Under the pieces are notes generated by a model, which saw nothing but the letters and a program-made list of their open reading frames with translations, searched no databases and was not told the DNA's origin. Both the position numbers and the translations under genes were made by a program. From positions 20,708,001-20,772,000 of the forward strand of contig NC_092674.1 of assembly GCF_964355755.1 (NCBI RefSeq): DNA of 64,000 bases, read 5' to 3'. Origin of the DNA: Antedon mediterranea. Taxonomy: Eukaryota > Animalia > Echinodermata. Positions 13,201 through 25,345 of the stretch are shown here, in pieces. Position 1 is the first letter of the stretch, and each line of letters starts with the position of its first letter.

Positions 13201-16200
13201 ACTGGACCTACGGTTTATAGTCCTTATCCGAGAAGACTCGTTCTACCACCAGAACCATGGAGCGAGTGAGCCTCGAACCCTTGCCGATGTTATGGTTACT
13301 TAATTACGGTTCCACTGTCTTAACCGCTCGGCCAGTGACTCACTAATAAATATAACATTCGTGAAACAACTAGGTCAAGGATATAATGTGTTAACGAAGC
13401 GACAACATTTAAGCTGCAAATACAGCCAAACATTCGCTAATCAATCATCTGATACACGAACGATATCATACCAGGGAATAAGTAAAATTCCACTTATACT
13501 TTATCATACCTAGCGACAACAGGTTGCATGCATTTGTAGACATGCATATTCTTTTGACACCAGCCTACAGCCAATGAACTGGTATTTTGAAGCGTTCCCG
13601 CTTAGGCCTACAAGCTTACAAGAGGTTTCAGCGACTTAATGTATTGATCTTTACAAGAACAATACACTAACAAACCACAAGTACACTGTTATAAAAGTAA
13701 AATTTCGATGTGACAATGGGTATATTTAACTGCTTTTTAAGTCTACTTACAATCAGCACATGCGTCTCCTACATAATGACCTTGACATTCACAATAATCT
13801 GGAACCGTGCACGTTCCATAAACACATGGTGGATTACACACAGCTATATAGTAAAAAATCAAAATATATCGTTGTAAATAATTTACTATCTTTACCTTGA
13901 TGAGAGAGCGCATCAATTTGATACAATGGCAGGACGCGATCCGTATTGAGAAGCATTTAGTTGGAAAATGTAAGATCTGAGTCCACAGTGCCATGAACAA
14001 TGTATCAATTCGTTGAAGTCGGCGCTATACAATAACTCGTACATTAAATTATATTACCTATGTTCACAGTTTTTGGTTCGGTTTGGTAACATTATTTACT
14101 CAACCAATAGAAATAACAGTAATAACTAACACCTTTTTTTAAAACAACTATAAGCCTATTTCATTTTTTTATACATACAAATACAATATAACATTCAAAT
14201 GCACGTCATTTTGTTTTCAGTACCTTATTTAGACACATTTTTAGCCTATTTGAAATTTTAGCAATTTATAAATTTTAAGGTTTTAGGAACATTCTAATGG
14301 TTTGAATCCTTTTAAAGCTGTTTTTAATCCTTTTAAAGCTGTTTTAAACTATTTTAATCTCCTGAATCCTATTCAATTTTAATACCTTGTCATTTTTACA
14401 CCGTGTTTCATAACTTATATTTTTTTTTGTGCAATTATGTGTGTGTACATAATATATTATATTGTATATCTATTTATTATTTTACTAATAATTGTCAATT
14501 TTCAAGAAGAATTTCTGTTGTTATTTTATGATGATGATGGACAAATAAAGCATTTCAGTATTCAGTATTCAGTATTCAATCTGTATCTGTACATATAATC
14601 TATGTAGTTTAAACACACCATAGTACTAATTTCTCAATTAAAGGTAACGGTAGACGATTTGAGGACTGTCATAATAGATACGCCTACCTTCGCATTGTCC
14701 ATAATGATTCTCTACATAACCAGTACGACATCGGCAATAATAACTTCCGACAGTGTTGCTACAGGTATGATGACAGCCGCCATTGTTGCTATAGCATTCA
14801 TTGATATCTTCGAAAACATAACCACATACAGTAGTTAGCATAAATTAATACGGTTACTGTAGTACAAATGAATAATCACAGTAATCATATCGGTAGCTGA
14901 AGCAACATCTCCATCATCAACAACAGCAATAGCAGCAGCTACAAAAACAGCGGCGGCAGCAGGAGCAACAATAGCAACAGAGCAAGCAACAGCAATAACA
15001 GCCTCCACAATTGAACGGCAGATGCACATTCTATAGGCCATATCTAATACCGTACTGTACGGTACCGTATTATTATATTTATTGTTTAAGGGCTGTCGAA
15101 TCAATTATTTCTTTCACGTACAATATATGAATTGTTTTAAATTTTAGAATAATATATTACACATGTGTATGCATGGTTCACATTCGAGATTCACCTAATT
15201 TTAAAAATGGTCCACATTTCCAACTGGAATGCAGATACTGTACTGTAATTTCTAAATAATTGTTATTCACATGTATTAACTCACCATTGCAACGTGACCC
15301 ACCAAATCCGGATGAGCATTGGCAATTATTTGGAGACTCACATGTTCCACCAACACCACAGCCGTGTGGGCATATTGCTTTAAAAAAAGAAGAGGATTGA
15401 CGTTTACATAAAACGCTAAAACTCCTACTCCTTCTTTATGTAGAATATTGGTGGTAAGAGGTGTAATGTAGGGTGATTTCGTTACTTTCAGATTTTTTTC
15501 TTTATCGGTTAGAGTTCATTTATTTCTACTAAAATTATATATTTTCTGTCCTAAAAACACTTCTAAAATCTTTTCCGATAATGTTAATCTATATATAAAT
15601 TTACGTAAGGGCATTAGTAAAATTGAAACAATCTTAGTCATCATAATGATATAAAGACTTCTTACTATGAGATCACTTATATTTCGTATGGTTACTGTTA
15701 GTAACCATATATTAACCAAAATAATGGTACATCTGAAAAAATATTACAAAGAAGCTGATTTGTGTAGGTATGGGTATACAGATATACCCAAAAAAGTAAG
15801 TAAGGATAGGGGGTGGGGAGCATTTTTTTGGGGGGGTGTTAAAGGTCATTGACCTCATTTTATAATGCTAAAAATTGTATCTTCGCAACAAAATAATGGT
15901 ATATGGTTGAGCTTGGTGTCGAAATGCACACAATTATGCCAGGAATTAAACAAAAATTAACTTGAACACTTATGACCATATCTTGACCTTCAAAAACCAG
16001 GTCAAAGGTCAATATACCCATTTTTTTGGGTTTAACACATACTTATAATCAGGGAAGAGTTAAATTACATTTTAATTTAACTCTTCCCTGGTTATAATGC
16101 ACTATCAAGTCAAATATTACATTATAAAGTGCATGTCAACTGATTTGTGTAGGTATGGGTATACAGATATACCAAAAAAAGTAAGAAAGAATAGGGGGTG

Positions 16201-19200
16201 GGGAAATTATTTTTTTCGTGTTAAAGGTCATTGACCTTCTTTAAAAATGCTAAAAATTGTATCTTCGCAACAAGTTATGATATAACGTTGATCTTGGTGT
16301 CAAAATACACAGAACTATACTAGAAATGAACCACAAACAAAATTGGTCCAATATGACTATATCTTCACTGTTACAAATAAGGTCAAAGGTTAATATACCC
16401 ATTTTTGTGTTTTACACATAAATTAGGACAGTCCATCCTGTCCAGTATTGCATTATATTATAATTTTTAAAAAGCACTCACTAAATTATTTATGACTTCA
16501 TGTCTTAGAGAAAAGAAGTTGGAACATGGTTTTGTTTTTGGATTAAAGATCATTTAACAGATTGTGTTAAATGATTGATACCTGTATATAATACTACAAT
16601 TCAATAAATAATACAAACATAATGATACACATGTTACTTATTGGTAATCGATTTCATCTTCATCACTAGGTTTGTTTGCACTTGAACCATTCGAGCAGTG
16701 CCCACAGCACACATGACAATCCTGCCTTAATACAGCTGCATTTCAATCCTTGATACTGCCTATCGCCTTCTTCATCATATTCCTTTTAGAAGAGCATCTG
16801 GTGTGATAGTACATGTATCATTTTGTGAGGTGGTTTCCCGAATGATCGTAAAATCAAAACGGTACTGTGTATGACCAACTAGCGTTATTGTCACAGACTA
16901 GTCATCCATTCATAGAAGTACTGATGTAGTAGCCTACCTGTACGGTGACCATAGAATGTGACCCGAGGCATGACTAACTACGACTTTTAGTTGATAGAAG
17001 ATTGAAAAATTGTTAAGAAGAGTTGTACTGTATGTGGATGTTTAATGAATGATATTCATCGAAACGTGGCAGGCTATAAGATCGCCTAAAATTTATAATT
17101 TAAATCTACGATACTTAGTATTGTATATTCAGGAATAGCCGCTCCATAGTCTCTTTGCTTTTCTTCCTTATATCTTATTCTTATTAACTCAAAATTATTT
17201 TTACTAACAAACATTACTATTTATATGCCTAGTGTGTAAACATTTTTGACATAATTTCATTAAACATCCACATACAGTACAACTCTTCTTAACAATTTTT
17301 AAAATCTTCTATCAACTAAAAGTCGTAGTTAGTCATGCCTCGGGTCACATTCTATGGTCACCGTACAGGTAGGCTACTACATCAGTACTTTTATGAATGG
17401 ATGACTAGTCGGTGACAATAACGCTAGTTGATCACTCACAGTACCGTTTTGATTTTACGATCATTCGGGAAACCACCTCACGTAGTACTCATTTTCGACC
17501 TTAGATTTCCGTTACTATCCAGATCCCATCCTCTTCCAACAGGCTCAAGAATGGATGTGTTCAGATGTTTCCAGACCACAACTTGTAGATGAACCCGAAA
17601 AGAGTGCTGTGTAACTGCATTTTCTGTTGGTGGTAGATGGTCTGGGTCAATTTTACCCTTTGCTGCTTGTTTTTGAAACTTTCATAACGAGCCTTTTCAA
17701 GAAGTGTATTTTCACTTCCATGTAACCTGCATTGCTATTAACCCTGCTGTTTTGATGGCGTTATCAGTCGACCGCATATTCGTAAATGTAGTGTAATAAG
17801 TAACAGGTGTATCATTATTATCAGTATGTATTTATTATTTATGCAAATTGTATGTATTATATACAGGTATCAATCATTTAAAAAACAATCTGTTAAATGA
17901 TCTTTAATAACAAAAAAACCATGTTCCCACTTGTTTTCTCTAAGACATGAAGTCATAGATAATTTAGTGAGTGTTTTTTTATATTATAATATAATGCAAT
18001 TCTGGATAGGATGGACTGTCCTAATTTATGTGTAAAACACAAAAATGGGTATATTAACCTTTGACCTCATTTGTAACAGTGAAGATATAGTCATATTGGA
18101 CCAATTTTATTTGTGGTTCATTTCTAGTATAGTTCTGTGTATTTTGACACCAAGATCAACGTTATATCATAATTTGTTGCGAAGATACAATTTTTAGTAT
18201 TTTTAAAGAAGGTCAATGCCCTTTAACACGAAAATAAGAATTTCCCCACCTCCTATTCTTCCTTACTTTTTTGGTATATCTGTATACCCATACCTACACA
18301 AATCAGTTGACGTGCACTTTATAATGTAATATTTGACTTGATAGTGCATTATAAGTATGTGTTAAACCAAAAAATGGGTATATTGACCTTTGACCTGATT
18401 TGTGAAGGTCAAGATATGGTCATAAGGGTTCAAATTAATTTTTGTTTAATTCCTGGCATAATTGTGTACATTTCGATACCAACCTCAACCATATATTTTA
18501 TTTTATTTTATTTTCAATCTTTCTACATAGCAAAAAAACAAACATATAAGTATAACAGGAGAGTAGCGGAAAAGCAAAAGTGTAAAACTGTCATCTTGTG
18601 ATGTGCTTGACCAGCCCCTGTCAACTTGAACGATACAATAAAACCGACATTTAACAAATTTAGAAAAATACATAGAAAAATAAGGTATAATAAAATGTTA
18701 ACAAAAGTGTTATATAAATGCAATTGCTATCTGAACAATCTGATTGTGTAAAATATACCATATTTTGTTGCGAAGATACAATTTTTAGCATTATAAAATG
18801 AGGTCAATGACATTTAACACCCCTAAAGAAAAGTTCCCCACCCCCTATCCTTCCTTACTTTTTTGTGAAAATCTGGTTACCCATACCTACACAAATCCGT
18901 TGAAATCAGCTTCTTTGCAATTTTTTTGCAGATGAACCTTAATATATGGTTACTATGTACGTTTAAATAGTTACTATTTTCACCATTAAGTGGTACGGTG
19001 GAAGTACTGACAATACATTTTTGTGATACGATTAACATAGTTAAAAATGTTTATATATGTTTCATAATTTTTGGAATTTGTTTTTAAATAAGCACCTTAT
19101 TATCAGTAGGAAATTACCCAGAAGTGTTATTACTGTATGATGTATTACTGTTCTTGAAAGAGAAATTAAGCGAGTTTATTAGATCTAGGCATGCAAAGGT

Positions 19201-22200
19201 AGTTCTTGAGTCGTAAAAGATAGGCCTATAGGTCTAACTGCTAGCACCAGTAGGCCTATGTGTAAGCTTTATATTCTTATTAAAAGATACTCTACTTTAT
19301 TAATGATTTTTAATATGATAGAATAACTATTATCTGTGTTTATTATGTATATCGTATCCTATCGTGACCAATGAGCTTAGGCTCATTGTCAATGACTCTG
19401 CAAAATTGCATAAAAAAGAAGAGCACGATTTTGAAACTGTTGGCAAGTGCAAGACAAAGGGAATTCCAATCTCTTTGAAATTGTTTTCTCAGATATAAGG
19501 TAACATCTTGTTAAACTATTACTCCTTTATCTCTCTTAATACTATTCTGTACACATAATGTATGTACACAAATGCTGTGTAAAAATATTGTTATGAGCTT
19601 TAAAATAATCTGACAGTTAAACAGTACAACAGTGCATATAATCAACAAAATACAAAAGATAGTGATTCATTTTATGTCCACATTACAACATGATTATTAA
19701 TACGAATGTCATAATTTCACACATGACTACTCACGAATTGTACAGCCTCTTAGTCTGTCTTCAGCCCATCCATCACAGCAAAAATAGTTCGTTGATGTGA
19801 CCAAGTATCTTTCTGTGCGGTACGCTAGACTGTACCGACGACTTTAAACAAAATGTGTTTACATTTAATGTATATGTTAGTAAAATGTATATGTTAGTAA
19901 AATGTATGTTGAAATGGTTAAATCTGTTTATTTGATGACATTTTTTTTTCAATCAATGTAAACAAACATAAACAAAATACAACAAAAAATAAGAATATTA
20001 AAGATATAATAATATTATTACGTTACTAAAATGCGTGGGAATTATCAAGCAGTGTACCACGCCGCGATACAATTGCCTCGTTTACGATCAATGCCTAAAC
20101 TGATACAGTATTTCCTCAAAATTATCGTTGTGCATTTTTTCGTTAAGACAACGGAGGAAATACATTACTTCCTTCGGGAAGGAAAGTTAAATCCTTCCTC
20201 TATAATACTGACCTGGCTGCCTCTAGGAAATTAAAAACATATGTGTCAAAAAGCTGTCTTCAAACTCTACAAACTCGTTTTTAATTGTCACACTATAGAC
20301 CTAGGCCTAAAGTTTGGTTCCCACTTGGAATCAATGCAAGTTAGTTGATCAATCAAATGCGACAGTTCAGGATGTGATCCTTCGCGTCGATTACTTGCGA
20401 TACGCTTACATTCTTTATTAGAACTAGACATTATTTACCTGTACGTTGACACCTCCACCAATTCAAAAATTTACATTTTGTTTTACTCGAGGTCTGTCGG
20501 GAGATTGGGTACGAGACTCGACGTGTCTTCCACGCCGATACGTCTCTGCTGCAAACATGTGCACTAAAAAAAGATTATACATTTGTCAAAATCTGGCAAC
20601 CGTAATAACATTATTATTAGTAGGCCTACTTACTCCTGCTAGACCTTATGTAGGCCTAGTAGGAAACTGTTTACAGAGTATCGATGGCTGAAGGTGCTTG
20701 TGATCTAGGCCTAAGAGTAACGAGTGTCACGAAACCTACTATGTTTAAAATTATGTAAAAACAATTATTGTTTTTAAGCCGTCGTATATCTTAGAATTTG
20801 CAAACTTTGGTCTTAGATTTCGTGATCCTAGGTCTAGGTGATCTATAGCTTTCGTGCACTTGGTCGGATAAAGTGAAAAGCTAATTATTCCGATATACGG
20901 TAGGAATGATGATAAACTACTGTAGATATGTCTATTATGTGTCTCTTTAATTTATTTCATAGAATTGATGAATAATATAAAAATCCGAAATAAGAATGAC
21001 AATTTAATAGGCCTAATGTATTTGTAAAAGGAGACCGTATCGTAATAAAGTTCGCACCCGGGCCGCGTTAAGACTAAGTAATTAACTATAAGTATAATCG
21101 ACCAAGCAGCTATTCTGTGTGGTTCCCTTTCCCATAAGGAAAAATAGTATAATTTCCGGTCATCATATGGCCCGATATAAAGATATACTTTTTTTCTGCA
21201 TATTTTATCACAAGGCAGTAATTATCAGAAACATTGTAGCTGTTAGTGTAGGCTGTTATGTCGTTTATATGAATGTCGTGTATATTTTTTGTTAAAAGCA
21301 AACTTTGACTTTATTTCATATCTTGATAATATAAGGAATGAAAAAAAATATGTTGCCATTTTTTCAAAAGACATTTAAAGGACCAAATTCAAGATGGCCG
21401 CCAACATTCAAATAATCCTATTAAAAATCAGAATATCACCAATAATACAAATTATGAATGTGGAACAAGTCCGTTTTGATGGTATTACTGTACCCATTAT
21501 ACAATACTAACTATGTAAAGCGATAATCTGTCGGCCATCTTGGATTTCAAAATGGCCACCACTAAAAATTAAATTCTTTAAATCATTTTTTTTAAATATG
21601 TGTGCATAAATTGTTGTTTGTACACAATGTTCTAAAATTTTCACTTCTCACAGGATTGTAAATTGTAAATATAAGGCTGTCTAAAGTTGTCAATGTCCTC
21701 TATATAACAGATATATAATACCCCACTATGACTATTAAATTAAATAATCGTTCAAAGTTGGAGTTGCAAAAGTATGGAACAACTTAACAATTTATATCAA
21801 ATATTCAACAAAAATTACGTCTAACTAGAGGGTTAGACCTCTAGTTCGCTTGCTCCCCTCTAGGAAGTGTAAACGAAGGTTCTCGGAATGATGACTCGGG
21901 TAAAAAGGTTTTAGAAGGACGTTCTCGTGGTACGTTTTCTGTCGGTTACCATTATTGAAAATGCTTGGCATTCGAAAAACTAAACCTACTCTGTTTCACA
22001 GTGTCTTAGATGATTAATAACATTTTAAAGTATAGTGTTTATTGTTTTATAGGGCGGAGGTGGGGAGGCAGAGTTCATTTGAGGGAGATGCTTATTCGAG
22101 GGATTTTTATTTTATATACATTATACATTTATAATCAAATAAAATCCTCTAATAGATATGAAAAGTGGTAAAAAATTATAACAAATGCTTGGTAAATTAT

Positions 22201-25200
22201 AGTTAACAGTGTAATGAATTCTATTATAAATAGTATATACAATATTGTGTGTATAAATGTGGATGGGCGTTTATTAGATAGTTGGGTAGGCGATTATTAT
22301 TCAAAGTGATGTTTTAAATAAATAAATACCATCATAATACATTATTTAATTTAAACATCTTTTGAAACTAACTTCCGCGACAGTGTAGGCCGTTTCGGCC
22401 CAAGAAGGAAGATGTTTTAGACGGCTTGCAATATGGGCCCTAATGGGACACAGATAGCCTGCAGTTATTCCTGCCAGCTTACTCAATAAAACTCGGCTAT
22501 CGGGATTTTATTTTTTAACTACCGTACCTTCACACGCGCGGTCCGATCCGAAAAAAAAACAAAAAACTAAAATAGCAAGGTGAAGCTGTGAACTCATCGT
22601 GAACTCGGAAATTACTTTGACCGCGTACAATTGAAATTGACTTGAAAATCTACCGGTGAATTAGAAATTTTGTTTTAAAACTCTTTATAATATATTCCTA
22701 AGATAGAAATATGGAACAATATCGTAATAGTGAAAACTGTTTTACATTTCGCGGTACACCTAAGATAGTTCAGGTAGGTATCCAAGGCAGAAATTTGTTC
22801 TAAAGTTTTTCCATTGTGCTCGCCTATGTCAGAATTAACCATAATTTATATATCGATTCTAAATTACAGATCTCATTTCTTTTCATGAAACTGAAACTTG
22901 ACAGGAGACAGGACCACAATATAAAACAAGTGCATTTATACCTTATTGTGAAATCCTGTATAAATATGTTAAATAATAAATGCGTTATTGCTATGTAATT
23001 CAATGTCTGAACCTTTAGGGCCATAGTCACCAGTATGGTTGGTAAGTTTTCAACCTGTCAACTTTTGGCAGAAGCTTGAAGGAAATACAGATACAGCTCT
23101 GCCTATAAATAACCTTGTAAATGAATGAACTCCTACTTCTCATCTTCTACAATCTCAACCAATTTCATTAGATATGTACCCCCTACAGACAGACCAGCAT
23201 TATACACTGGTTTGATGAGTGAACTTGGTTGTGGTATAAAAACTCATGTACTAGGGAAAGACAAGAATGCTTGGTGATGACTCTTGCGCGAGATGAATGG
23301 AGGTGGACAGAGATGACATCAAAAAGCAATTATTATGTCGACCCGGTGAACTATATGGCTTTTGGACATGTATCATTGTGAAAATAGTGTTGAGGCAAGT
23401 GCTTTCGTGTTGAAACTGAACTTGTATTACCTATACAACCAGTGACACAAATATCTTAAATGGAAAACATCTCTAAAGGACAGAAGCACACTAATTCTGC
23501 TTTCTCTCTACAACTTGCTTCTACAAATGCAGACAAAGAAAGAGATTCTAAGTTAAGTATCATTTTGTTTGAATGAGGCTGATCATAAAGATATTAACTT
23601 GAATACAGAGAGTCGACGAAATCTAAATGATGTGGTTAAACTATATCCCTATATATGTATATGAGAGGACATGTATATGTGGGACTTGCTGGATTTACAT
23701 CTATTTATCAGGGTCATTGAGCGTGGTATTATTGGAATAACACAAATTAATGATTTCATCAGAGTTGGCAAATCTAGTTAACATTTAAAGAGAGATGATA
23801 TCCCGATTAATGAAGAATGCTGCAATTCGCACAAAGGTTGGCCATGGCATGATGAAATTGGACAGGAAATGTTTGAGGCATTGGTAAAAGTCTTGTAGAA
23901 GGCAAACTGTCTATATGGGATCCTAAGAAAAAGACGAATATTGGCAAAAAAATATATATGACGGTGAATACAGGTGACAAACTGATCAAAGTAAAAGAGG
24001 ACTCCTATAGAGATTATTTGCCGGTGAAATGAGATATTTCAGTTATTTTTCCAATTTGTTTCTGAACAAGGTTGTTGGGAACGCAGATCAGTCTGTGGAA
24101 GTTTGATGGATACAGTAGTAGAGAACGAAGGAAGGTCAACTTACTGTATCGCATTCAAGATTAGAAATATTTCATTGAAGGACTTTGGCAGAGTTAGTTG
24201 TCATTTAACTGAAGAAGTTTATGAGATGTTTTAATATGAAGAAGTGTACTGTCAAAAATGGCGGCTATTTTAAAATTCAAAATGGCCGCCATTTTGTGTT
24301 AATCACCAATGTTGTTGTCATAGGCCTATCATTTTATGTGATTTCAATCAACGTCATAACTTGCACATGTTTTAATAAGAAATTTAATCCATTTTTTAAA
24401 AATGGCGGCCATTTTGAAATTCAAAATGTCAGAATACTAATGAATATAGATTTATAATAATTCTTATATAGCAGAGAACCCATATGAACTTAAAATATTA
24501 TTCATAATGGATGTTACTTTGTCCAATATGGTACATTTATTGGATATTTTACGTATTGGCGGCCATCTTGGATTTGACACCCTTAAGCTTTTAAAAAAAA
24601 ATGGCAACATATTTTTTTCATTACTTTACATCCTAAAGACACTAAATCAGCTGGAATTTTGCTTTTAACAAAAAAATTACACGAAATTACATTGTGGCCT
24701 ACACTATGTGTGCGTGAAATCCATCTTTAAACTGTACACGTTTCCCTAAATACGATTCCCTTACATTGTAAAACCTTCAAATGCATTAATGCATTAAGGA
24801 ATAGGCATAAACATTTGTTTTTCACGAATGTTAAGTACCCCCACCCTCCCACACTCCTATTTTAACCCATTGCGTACCGGATGGGCATCACAATTATTAT
24901 GTTCTGCTATATGATCGATGTATCAAGGAATTAAAAGTCTTAGAGAGATGACCAAATGACCTTATACCATACATAGTATCGTTTGCATGGGGGATTTCAA
25001 CATGCCACCCATCCACGTTTACTCCTGATATGTAGGCCTATGTTTTCGTTACAATGTGCACTCTTTCAAGATAAAACATACGATTCTGCGTTCAGTGACC
25101 TTTTAAATAGCATTCATAATTTATGCATGCTATGGGTTTGGATCCAAGATGTCTTCCGTAGCATTAATTATCGTGGTGGTATATGACGGGGTACTATAGA

Positions 25201-25345
25201 GAGACCCATGTAGGCCTACAATTTAAACCGATCTGAAGTCACACACTCTAACAAAATATTGAACTTACCGTCCTGGTCTAGGGTCAGACACAATAACATT
25301 AATAAAACAAAGAAGTAGGATGCCTACAGGTAACACCTTCATCAT
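252..25345 (-). CDS. Copy A: 16-exon gene (3' end off-window) for a large secreted/surface EMI-EGF/cbEGF-CCP-coiled-coil-Ig protein
   Basis: Exons read by eye with AG/GT boundaries and compatible phases: 25345-25269, 20563-20453, 19841-19735, 15377-15285, 14807-14688, 13843-13751, 11951-11835, 11356-11261, 10523-10410, 10073-9963, 9661-9539, 8969-8796, 7701-7525, 5947-4668, 4552-4402, 4280-252. No in-frame stops seen. The exon-2 donor is ambiguous. Confidence 0.85.
4402..4552 (-). CDS. Copy A exon 15
   Basis: 151-nt phase 0-1 exon bridging exons 14 and 16. Conserved in copy B at 34903-34753. Confidence 0.8.
4668..5947 (-). CDS. Copy A exon 14, EGF plus ~385 aa uncharacterised beta-rich region
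   Basis: Within ORF 4632-6017. [11 protein letters not shown]...[15 protein letters not shown] at the start, CAG|gtagg donor. Confidence 0.88.
7525..7701 (-). CDS. Copy A exon 13, CCP/sushi domain
   Basis: [10 protein letters not shown]...[32 protein letters not shown], 177 nt. Confidence 0.9.
8796..8969 (-). CDS. Copy A exon 12, CCP/sushi domain
   Basis: [57 protein letters not shown], 174 nt. Confidence 0.88.
9539..9661 (-). CDS. Copy A exon 11, cbEGF
   Basis: [33 protein letters not shown], 123 nt. Confidence 0.9.
9963..10073 (-). CDS. Copy A exon 10, cbEGF
   Basis: [28 protein letters not shown], 111 nt. Confidence 0.9.
10410..10523 (-). CDS. Copy A exon 9, cbEGF
   Basis: [31 protein letters not shown], 114 nt. 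Confidence 0.9.
11261..11356 (-). CDS. Copy A exon 8, EGF-like
   Basis: [31 protein letters not shown] read from the reverse complement, 96 nt. Confidence 0.88.
11835..11951 (-). CDS. Copy A exon 7, cbEGF-like
   Basis: [29 protein letters not shown], 117 nt. Confidence 0.85.
12051..12961 (+). repeat. Tandem array (~255-bp unit; 3 full + 1 partial) containing a tRNA-like cassette
   Basis: Each unit has GCTCGGTGGTCTAGAGGTATGA (A box) ... GGTTCGAGTCCC (B box). Full units then carry the hairpin TACTTGCGAA/TTCGCAAGTA. Confidence 0.9.
13045..13341 (-). mobile_element. tRNA-derived SINE with Meta/Deu-type central domain
   Basis: Reverse complement starts TGGCCGAGCGGTTAAG (A box), GGTTCGAGGC (B box), then TCGGATAAGGACTATAAACCGTAGG...TTAAAGAACC...GAGTAGGGG. 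A second copy lies at 39080-39317. Confidence 0.75.
13751..13843 (-). CDS. Copy A exon 6, EGF-like
   Basis: [30 protein letters not shown], 93 nt, tag/gtaag boundaries. Confidence 0.88.
14688..14807 (-). CDS. Copy A exon 5, calcium-binding EGF
   Basis: [31 protein letters not shown], 120-nt phase 1-1 exon. Confidence 0.9.
15285..15377 (-). CDS. Copy A exon 4, EGF-like ([30 protein letters not shown])
   Basis: 6-Cys EGF/NIM-like spacing, 93-nt phase 1-1 exon. Confidence 0.85.
15699..18955. mobile_element. Academ-like non-autonomous fold-back DNA transposon
   Basis: Termini TAGTAACCATATATTAA / TTAATATATGGTTACTA, 3-bp TSD TGT (15696-98, 18956-58), ~1-kb inverted arms with ~380-bp internal duplications, degenerate Cys-rich (CXC-like) remnant at ~16650-16800 on the minus strand. 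Confidence 0.8.
16050..16090. mobile_element. 41-bp hAT-like micro-element
   Basis: CAGGGAAGAGTTAAATT-acatttt-AATTTAACTCTTCCCTG flanked by CTTATAAT/GTTATAAT. Absent from the mirror arm at ~18347-18355. Confidence 0.7.
19735..19841 (-). CDS. Copy A exon 3, C-half of EMI domain ([35 protein letters not shown])
   Basis: Y..AYR...CC.GW motif typical of EMI/NIM-family N-termini, gtgag donor. Conserved in copy B at 48741-48635. Confidence 0.8.
20453..20563 (-). CDS. Copy A exon 2, N-half of EMI domain ([36 protein letters not shown])
   Basis: ttttag acceptor, phase 2 matches exon 1, EMI-like HVC...SY...C pattern. Conserved in copy B at 51081-50971. Confidence 0.7.
21244..24706. mobile_element. 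Degenerate Academ-like DNA transposon
   Basis: Termini TAGTGTAGGC / GCCTACACTA, 3-bp TSD TGT (21241-43, 24707-09), imperfect TIRs >150 bp with AAAATGGCCGCC-type subterminal motifs. No intact ORF. Confidence 0.72.
25269..25345 (-). CDS. Copy A exon 1, signal peptide ([25 protein letters not shown])
   Basis: ATG, K, hydrophobic core, then CG|gtaag donor. Homologous exon in copy B at 52379-52307. Confidence 0.8.

Noticed and set aside
14835-15104. Ala/Val-rich hydrophobic ORF
   Set aside because: Translation of a degenerate (GCA)n-type simple repeat.
252-25345. Assigning a gene symbol (fibrillin, MEGF6, SVEP1, hemicentin, VWDE)
   Set aside because: Only generic EGF/CCP/Ig modules are shared; the overall architecture matches none that I recognise.
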